From Pseudomonadota bacterium (lineage in GTDB: Bacteria; Bdellovibrionota_B; Oligoflexia; Silvanigrellales; Silvanigrellaceae), in assembly GCA_039799905.1 (NCBI GenBank), contig JBDLRP010000034.1:32001-96000 (forward strand): DNA of 64,000 nt, given 5' to 3'. The notes beneath the pieces are model-generated. The model was given only the letters and a program-made list of their open reading frames with translations. It searched no databases and had not been told where the DNA came from. This document shows positions 57,668 through 64,000 of the stretch, one piece after another (position 1 is the stretch's first letter; every line of letters starts with the position of its first letter). The translations under genes and the position numbers were made by a program.

Positions 57668-58474
57668 TCAATTCGTCTTACGATTGAGGAAAAGCCCCAT
57701 TGTAAAAAATCCCAGCGCTATAAACAGTAAAATGGATGATACCACGTTGATTTCCGGTGTCATCGCTCTGCGGCCCTGAAGTGACCAAATGTAGAGCGGC
57801 AGGGTCTGCAATGAACTGCCTCCCGTCGATAAAAAGTAACTGACGTAGAAGTCATCCAAAGAGACTGCGAATGAAATACAGGCTGCTGCTGCAAGTGCGG
57901 GCGCGATTTGCGGCAGCAGCACATGCTGAAAAATATCCCAGCGACTGGCACCCAAATCTCGTGCTGCAAGCTCCTGTTGGATGTCATAGTTTTTGAATCT
58001 GGTGCGCAGGATGAGTGCTGCGTATCCAAGCGCTAGCGTTGTATGTCCAAGTACAACGGCCGTCAGGGATGATATTGGAATGCCAAGTTGCAAGGCGGTC
58101 GGTCGGAAGACCCGTACTGTCATCACGAGGAGCCCTATCGCTATCACAATCTCGGGAATGAAGAGTGGAAGACTGATGAGCGAGTCGGATGCGCCTGCAA
58201 GACGCTTTCCCGCATTTCGGTGTGCCCAGAATGCATATAGAAAACCGAGCAACACAGCCAGCAGTGAGCTTATCATCGCAACTGCGAGACTGTTGAAAAG
58301 TGCGGTGAGCAGTGCGTCGTTGGCAAGTGCCTCCGCGTACCAGCGCAGCGAGAACCCCTCCCAGCGGAGTGCGAAAGCGCCTGCATTGAAACCATAAAAA
58401 AACAACGACGCTATCGGCAGATAGAGAAGAATCAAGACACAGATGCTCCAGCCGGCAAGCAGCCTGCTGTTCAC
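57668..58474 (-). CDS. potC: Spermidine/putrescine ABC permease
   Basis: LYLPI, FSLRWY, AARDLGA, SLDDF, TLPL, PEIN; GTG start overlaps potB stop. Confidence 0.88.
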   Translation of the reverse strand: MNSRLLAGWSICVLILLYLPIASLFFYGFNAGAFALRWEGFSLRWYAEALANDALLTALFNSLAVAMISSLLAVLLGFLYAFWAHRNAGKRLAGASDSLISLPLFIPEIVIAIGLLVMTVRVFRPTALQLGIPISSLTAVVLGHTTLALGYAALILRTRFKNYDIQQELAARDLGASRWDIFQHVLLPQIAPALAAAACISFAVSLDDFYVSYFLSTGGSSLQTLPLYIWSLQGRRAMTPEINVVSSILLFIALGFFTMGLFLNRKTN

Positions 58475-59322
58475 CCGATTTGTAGTAGAGACCATGTTGA
58501 TTTTTGTCCTGTGCCGCGGCGTGAGAGCATTTTTACTGCAATGAATATTGTTAGAACAGCGCATGTGAGCAGACAGACGCTGAGCGCCGCTCCAAACGGC
58601 CAGTTTGGTCGAGTGCTGCCGAGGAACTGGCTTTCAATCTGTGTTCCTAGCGTTGCCACCAATCCGCCGCCGATCATGCGCGGAATCAGATATTCACCCA
58701 GCATGGGGACGAAAACGAAAATGAAGCTGGCAATCAGTCCCGGAATGATTTCCGGCAAAACAATTTTACTCCAGCGCTGGAACAAAGACGCTCCCAAATC
58801 GGTGGCGGCGTCCAGTTGGTTTTGATCAAGCCGTTCAAAAACACTGAAAAGGGGCAAGATAATGAGAGGCAAATATCCGTAATAAAGGCTTATGAAGACA
58901 CCCGCGGGGCTGCTTGCCAGCGGGATGGCGTAGCCCACGGCGTTCAAAAATTGTGTGAGCATTCCTTCAGGTCTGATGAGAACGAACCACGCATAAATTC
59001 GGACAACGAAATTGATTCCGAGCGGGATGCAAAAGAAGGCCAGCCAAAAATTTTGTCTGTGGCGGCTTTGCCGCGAAATATACCAAGTGATTGGGATTGC
59101 AGTCACCAGGACGGCCGACGCCGCCAGCAACGAATTGACAACACTCGAGAGAATGATTCCTGCATAGGGTGGACTCAGTGCTCTGCCAAACTGGCTTAAA
59201 CCGAGTGTATCGTTGGCGTTGCCATATGAGTTTTGTTGGAGGCTCAAAAGTAGCAGCCACAGAAATGGCAGCATGACAAAGAGGACTATCCACAGTTTTG
59301 CCGGAAGTCCCGTCCACCTCAT
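58471..59322 (-). CDS. potB: Spermidine/putrescine ABC permease
   Basis: VRIYAW, YLP, AATDLGA, NWPFGAA. Confidence 0.88.
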   Translation of the reverse strand: MRWTGLPAKLWIVLFVMLPFLWLLLLSLQQNSYGNANDTLGLSQFGRALSPPYAGIILSSVVNSLLAASAVLVTAIPITWYISRQSRHRQNFWLAFFCIPLGINFVVRIYAWFVLIRPEGMLTQFLNAVGYAIPLASSPAGVFISLYYGYLPLIILPLFSVFERLDQNQLDAATDLGASLFQRWSKIVLPEIIPGLIASFIFVFVPMLGEYLIPRMIGGGLVATLGTQIESQFLGSTRPNWPFGAALSVCLLTCAVLTIFIAVKMLSRRGTGQKSTWSLLQIG

Positions 59323-60425
59323 TGAACCGGACTCCGCCAGAAAAAAGGCAGCTTTGTGGCGCTGACTGTGAGCGCGACCGATGTTCCTGCGTCCAGTGGT
59401 GGTCTTGCCGAAACGGGAACGTCAATCGTAAGCGGCTGCTGATCGCTTTCTGAGAGATTCACAAAATAGCGAATTTGCGCACCAAGATACTGCCTCATCA
59501 AAATCACGCCCTTGAGGTGTTCAGCGCCGTTGGTTGCCAGCGGTTGGATTGTAAACTGTTCTGGTCTGACGAGTACGTCGCCGTTGCCTTTTTGATTGGC
59601 GGATAAGTTGGAACCAGCGCTCGTCTCGATTGAACTCAACTGGAATTCCGCAGATGAAAGCCGGCAGCGTGCGCGTGTTTCGGAGATGATCTCTGCGGCA
59701 AGGAAATTTGCGTTGCCAATAAACTGTGCGACAAACCTGTTGGCCGGCGTTTCATAAAGCTCTTCGGGTGACGCAATCTGCTGAAGCTCTCCACCGTTGA
59801 GAATCGCGATTCTGTCCGACATCGTGAATGCTTCTTCCTGATCGTGGGTCACGTATATGAAGGTCATTCCCAAGTGCCGCTGAAGTGCCTTCAATTCAAC
59901 CTGCATCTGTTTGCGGAGCTGGAGGTCTAAGGCACCGAGCGGCTCGTCGAGGAGAACAAGTTTGGGGCGCGGCGCAATGGCACGGGCGAGTGCGATGCGC
60001 TGCTGCTGACCTCCGGAAAGATCGCCTATCCGTCTTTGCGCGAATGAATCCATCCGCACCAACTCGAGCGATTCGCGAACCCGCTTTCGTATCTCATCTT
60101 CAGCACACTTTTGCATACGCAGACCAAAAGCGACGTTTTCGAAAACGTTCATATGCGGGAACAGGGCATAGTTTTGGAACACGAGATTCAAATCACGTTT
60201 ATTCGCCGGAAGCTGTGTGATGGGAGCTCCATTCCAAAACAGCTCGCCGGAAGCGGGCTTCAAAAATCCTGAAATAATTTTGAGAAGGGTTGTCTTTCCG
60301 CACCCTGACGGTCCAAGCAGAGAGAAGAACTCTCCTTCTCTAACCTCGAGGGAAATGTCATTCAGAACAGGACGGGAATCCAGCGCAGCGGAAAGATTTT
60401 TGATGGTCAGCAGAGGTGTTGTCAT
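59319..60425 (-). CDS. potA: Spermidine/putrescine ABC ATP-binding protein
   Basis: GPSGCGKTT, FQNYALFPH, LSGGQQQR, LLDEPLGALD, VTHDQEEA. Confidence 0.92.
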   Translation of the reverse strand: MTTPLLTIKNLSAALDSRPVLNDISLEVREGEFFSLLGPSGCGKTTLLKIISGFLKPASGELFWNGAPITQLPANKRDLNLVFQNYALFPHMNVFENVAFGLRMQKCAEDEIRKRVRESLELVRMDSFAQRRIGDLSGGQQQRIALARAIAPRPKLVLLDEPLGALDLQLRKQMQVELKALQRHLGMTFIYVTHDQEEAFTMSDRIAILNGGELQQIASPEELYETPANRFVAQFIGNANFLAAEIISETRARCRLSSAEFQLSSIETSAGSNLSANQKGNGDVLVRPEQFTIQPLATNGAEHLKGVILMRQYLGAQIRYFVNLSESDQQPLTIDVPVSARPPLDAGTSVALTVSATKLPFFWRSPVQ

Positions 60426-60480
60426 GAAATTTGATTCACTTCACGAGACTTTTTCAACTTTATCTCCCGCAATTGAATTG

Positions 60481-61221
60481 TCACAAAAGATACAACAGCC
60501 TGATGATAGCGCCGCCCGCCCATTGTTTTGCCAGCCCCTGAAAGTAAGGTTCCAGTTCCTGCAGCATCAGGTCAAGTTCGTTTTCGTTCAATGTGGGTAC
60601 TGCAACTGAGTTATCTCGTGTGTAGTCGACGCTCGCCCAGCCAGTCGATTTCAATGGAAAATCGAAAAATGACGCGACGTCAAAAGCCAGTGAAGGCGAA
60701 ACATAGAATCTAAACCCAGCACTGCCGGTAGCGCCGACTGCGATCCCCAACGACCTGAAGGTGAGTGGTTCGTCCGTAATTGTTGTGTATGCCGCACTCA
60801 CGAGGCTATTTCGGATCGTGGCTCCAGCGGTCAGAAAGACACTTTGACCCAACCATACTGTTGCCTCTGGGATGGCCAGTGAGATTTCGCTGAGCGATGC
60901 CGAGTTTGTGACAAGTCGGTCGGAGTAGACGCTGACTTCTGCTGCTTGAGTGAAGCTGTCGCGCAGAGAAAGGTAGGAAAATCCGACCCTCAAACCGAGC
61001 TGCGCAGGGCCCATCGGAATTGCCCCCTGTAAAACGACCTGTGGGCGAACGAGGGGGAAGAGAAGTCCGCCACCGATGCCAATCTCATGATCTGATTCCA
61101 TTTCGTCGTTTGCCGATGCCGTGGAACGCATGGCCAGCAAAGCCAGTGCCCCAACGGTGAGCAGCGGGACGCGGGATGTCAGCGAGGCAAAGAATGTCAC
61201 AAGTGAACACCTTTGTAGCAT
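60481..61221 (-). CDS. Hypothetical exported/outer-membrane protein
   Basis: Signal peptide and alternating hydrophobic strands. Confidence 0.5.
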   Translation of the reverse strand: MLQRCSLVTFFASLTSRVPLLTVGALALLAMRSTASANDEMESDHEIGIGGGLLFPLVRPQVVLQGAIPMGPAQLGLRVGFSYLSLRDSFTQAAEVSVYSDRLVTNSASLSEISLAIPEATVWLGQSVFLTAGATIRNSLVSAAYTTITDEPLTFRSLGIAVGATGSAGFRFYVSPSLAFDVASFFDFPLKSTGWASVDYTRDNSVAVPTLNENELDLMLQELEPYFQGLAKQWAGGAIIRLLYLL

Positions 61222-61354
61222 TTTGTGTGTTTAAACTGCGGTGCGGGCATTATAGACTACTTGTTTGTTATGGAAAACAGTCAGTTGCTGGTTTGTGTCG
61301 GATTGCAATTTGCACTGTCCGGTGATAGTCCGGCAGTCGAAGGAGATACCACCC

Positions 61355-61933
61355 ATGACGATGTATGAAACCCGAGACTTCCGCAGAGGCCTTAAGATTG
61401 AAATGAACAACGATCCATGGGTGATTGTTGACTTCCAGCACGTCAATCCGGGGAAGGGTGCGGCCTTTACCCGCACGAAAATGAGAAACCTCCGCACGGG
61501 CCAGGTTCTTGAGCAGAACATTAAGAGCGGTGACAAGGTCGCAAAGCCTGACACCGAAGAACGCAATATGCAGTATCTGTATCGTGATTCTGAAGGCTAT
61601 CACTTCATGGATCAGCAGAACTATGAACAAATCTCTCTCAGCGAAGATTATGTCGCCGACACGAAATATTATCTGTTGGAAAACTCAGTGCTGAAGGTTC
61701 TTTATTATCAGGGAAAACCGATTGCTTGTGAAACAGACACGTTCTGCGAATTGAAGGTTGTCGAAACTCCTCCGGGTGTACGTGGTGACACGGCGACTGG
61801 TGGTACCAAGCAGGCAACGCTGGAAACCGGTTTGGTTGTCTCGGTTCCTTTTCACATAAACGAAGGCGATGTGTTGCGTATCGATACGCGCGACAATTCC
61901 TACGCTGACCGCGTCAGTGTGCGCGGAAAATAG
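61355..61933 (+). CDS. efp: Elongation factor P
   Basis: AGGAG RBS; HVNPGKGAAF, QYLY, PGVRGDT, LETG. Confidence 0.97.
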   Translation: MTMYETRDFRRGLKIEMNNDPWVIVDFQHVNPGKGAAFTRTKMRNLRTGQVLEQNIKSGDKVAKPDTEERNMQYLYRDSEGYHFMDQQNYEQISLSEDYVADTKYYLLENSVLKVLYYQGKPIACETDTFCELKVVETPPGVRGDTATGGTKQATLETGLVVSVPFHINEGDVLRIDTRDNSYADRVSVRGK

Positions 61934-61949
61934 TTTTGAATCGTGCCAA

Positions 61950-61980
61950 CCCGCGGCCCCATGCCGCGGGGCTTTTTTTT
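61950..61980 (+). terminator. Intrinsic terminator after efp
   Basis: CCCGCGGC-CCCAT-GCCGCGGG then GC and T8. Confidence 0.8.
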
Positions 61981-62017
61981 GAGTGAATCAAGTCCCTGAA
62001 CGAGGAGAGTTGTCTGC

Positions 62018-62563
62018 ATGATCGACCTTGGCAAAGTAGAAAAACTTATGTCCTTGATGGCTCAATACGGAGTCGACGTTGTTCAGGCCGAAACCGGCCC
62101 TGAGAAAATTTCTCTTGCGAAGTCTGCAAATGCACTTGCGGCATTGGGCAACCTGAACGCGGCGCCGCAGCTGGCAGATAGTTCTGCGCACTTGCGCTCG
62201 GCAGCAAATGCTTCCGCATCTAACCCGGCTCAGTCGGCGGTCGCTTCTTCGGCTGCGCAAACTCAGACTGCACCTTCCCCAGCATCGGCAGCTCCGGCAC
62301 AACCGGCGGTAAAGCCGATTCCTGAGGGAACGACCATCAGCAGTCCGTTCGTTGGTACCTTCTACCGCTCTCCGTCTCCTGACTCGCCTGTCTATGTCGA
62401 CGTGGGCAGCAAGGTCAAAAAGGGGCAGACGCTCTGCATCGTGGAAGCAATGAAGTTGATGAATGAAATTGAGGCTGAAATGGACGGCGAGGTGGTTGGC
62501 ATTCTTGTCGAAAATGCGAAACCGGTCGAGTTCGGCACACCCTTGTTTGTTATTAAATCCTGA
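62018..62563 (+). CDS. accB: Acetyl-CoA carboxylase biotin carboxyl carrier protein
   Basis: Ala/Pro linker, [16 protein letters not shown]. Confidence 0.96.
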   Translation: MIDLGKVEKLMSLMAQYGVDVVQAETGPEKISLAKSANALAALGNLNAAPQLADSSAHLRSAANASASNPAQSAVASSAAQTQTAPSPASAAPAQPAVKPIPEGTTISSPFVGTFYRSPSPDSPVYVDVGSKVKKGQTLCIVEAMKLMNEIEAEMDGEVVGILVENAKPVEFGTPLFVIKS

Positions 62564-62589
62564 CCGTCTGCAAACGACACGGGGGAAAT

Positions 62590-63942
62590 ATGAAAAAAAT
62601 TCTCATTGCCAACCGCGGCGAGATTGCCGTGCGCATCATTCGCGCGTGCCGTGAGCTCGGTCTCAAGACTGTTGCCGTCTACTCTCAGGCTGACAAACAC
62701 AGCCTGCATGCGAAACTTGCGGACGAGGCTATCTGTATCGGTCCTGCCGAAAGTAAAAAAAGCTACTTGAATATTCCTGCGATCATGGCCGCTGCGGAAG
62801 TGAGCGGTGCTGATGCTATTCATCCAGGCTATGGGTTTTTGTCAGAGAACGCTGCCTTTGCGGATGTGTGCCGGAAGTGTGAGATCATTTTCATCGGGCC
62901 AACGCCAGAGCAAATGCGTGACTTGGGTGAGAAGGTCGCAGCACGAGCTGTCGCGCGTCGTGCAGGCCTGCCATTTCTCCCTGGATCCAATGGAGCATTG
63001 CCCGATCAGGAAACTGCACGTCGTACAGCGCGTGAAATCGGCTATCCGGTGATCTTAAAGGCGAGCGGCGGCGGCGGCGGTCGCGGCATGAAGATCGTTT
63101 ACAACGATGCAGAGCTTGAGAAGGCATATCTCAACTGTCGTACCGAAGCGGCTGCGGCGTTCGGAAATTCTGAAGTATATTTGGAGAAGTACCTCGAGAA
63201 TCCGCGTCATGTGGAGATTCAGGTGCTCGCCGACAAGTTCGGCAACATGATTCATCTGGGCGAACGCGACTGCAGCGTTCAAAGGCGGCACCAGAAGGTG
63301 ATCGAAGAAGCACCGTGTCCACACATTACCCCCGAATTGCGCAACAAGGTGGGTGGTTATGCGCTCTCGCTCGCGCGAGAGGTCGGGTACCATGGTGCAG
63401 GTACGGTCGAATTCCTGATGGACGACGACAAGAACGTCTATTTTATGGAAATGAATACGCGCATTCAGGTTGAGCATCCGGTCACCGAGCAGGTGACTGG
63501 AATCGATTTGTTGCAATGGCAGATCAAAGTGGCTTTCGGAGAGAAGCTTCCTTTCAGTCAGGACGACGTGAAGATTCACGGACACGCGATTGAATGCCGA
63601 ATCAATGCCGAAGATCCAAAAACCTTTGCTCCATGGCCAGGGCAAATCACCAACTACAGCGTACCAGGTGGATTCGGCATTCGCGTCGACGGCTTTGCCT
63701 ACCATGGCTATACTGTCGTTCCGCACTATGATTCTCTGGTCGCCAAACTGATTGTCCATGCGGACACGCGTGAACAGGCGTTGGCAAAAATGGAGTCGGC
63801 GCTGCGCGAATACATTATCGACGGTATCCGCACGAATATTCCTTTTCATTTGGACGTTCTTGCGCATCCAGAATTCCGCAACAGCAGGCATTCAACCCGC
63901 TTTTTGGAACGTGCTGGATTCGTTAAAACCAAGGGTAGCTGA
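62590..63942 (+). CDS. accC: Acetyl-CoA carboxylase biotin carboxylase subunit
   Basis: [37 protein letters not shown]; follows accB. Confidence 0.96.
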   Translation: MKKILIANRGEIAVRIIRACRELGLKTVAVYSQADKHSLHAKLADEAICIGPAESKKSYLNIPAIMAAAEVSGADAIHPGYGFLSENAAFADVCRKCEIIFIGPTPEQMRDLGEKVAARAVARRAGLPFLPGSNGALPDQETARRTAREIGYPVILKASGGGGGRGMKIVYNDAELEKAYLNCRTEAAAAFGNSEVYLEKYLENPRHVEIQVLADKFGNMIHLGERDCSVQRRHQKVIEEAPCPHITPELRNKVGGYALSLAREVGYHGAGTVEFLMDDDKNVYFMEMNTRIQVEHPVTEQVTGIDLLQWQIKVAFGEKLPFSQDDVKIHGHAIECRINAEDPKTFAPWPGQITNYSVPGGFGIRVDGFAYHGYTVVPHYDSLVAKLIVHADTREQALAKMESALREYIIDGIRTNIPFHLDVLAHPEFRNSRHSTRFLERAGFVKTKGS

Positions 63943-64000
63943 TTGGCTCATAGCCCCAGATTGAACTCGATCAAAAAAAGGCGACCTGAGTATTTCTCAG

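Noticed and set aside
63953..64000. A-run plus partial hairpin at the window end
   Set aside because: Probably a terminator, but cut off by the window edge so it cannot be confirmed

Overview
Bacterial chromosomal window of mostly housekeeping and accessory genes, with no rRNA, tRNA, CRISPR, prophage or IS detected. The gene content (many lipoproteins, a 7TM-DISM kinase, an SCE4755-type LPMO-like protein, prkA-yeaH-spoVR) suggests a Bdellovibrionota/Oligoflexia- or deltaproteobacterium-like organism; this is inference only. Core genes: smc (runs off the left edge, missing from the ORF track), pdxJ, a liu/atu-like branched-chain acyl-CoA catabolic operon, prkA-yeaH-spoVR, class Ia nrdAB, a GapN-like ALDH, aat, a MacB/LolCDE-type ABC cassette, an S8 protease, SQR, potABCD and efp-accB-accC. 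The strongest unexplained structure is a regulatory architecture repeated at three distant loci. Each has a 17-bp TGT-N11-ACA palindrome 59, 71 or 82 bp upstream of a sigma-54 (-24/-12) promoter, driving exported proteins that are mostly predicted to act on cell wall (NlpC/P60 lipoprotein, an unknown exported protein, deacetylase plus M23 peptidase). This is a candidate sigma-54/enhancer regulon. Other notable items: a His-brace LPMO-like protein whose tail may complement a neighbouring FN3 lipoprotein, an APCDD1-like protein, two uncharacterised Cys-containing modules on exported proteins, two apparent pseudo-enzymes, and a structured leader before an NrdA with a truncated ATP-cone.
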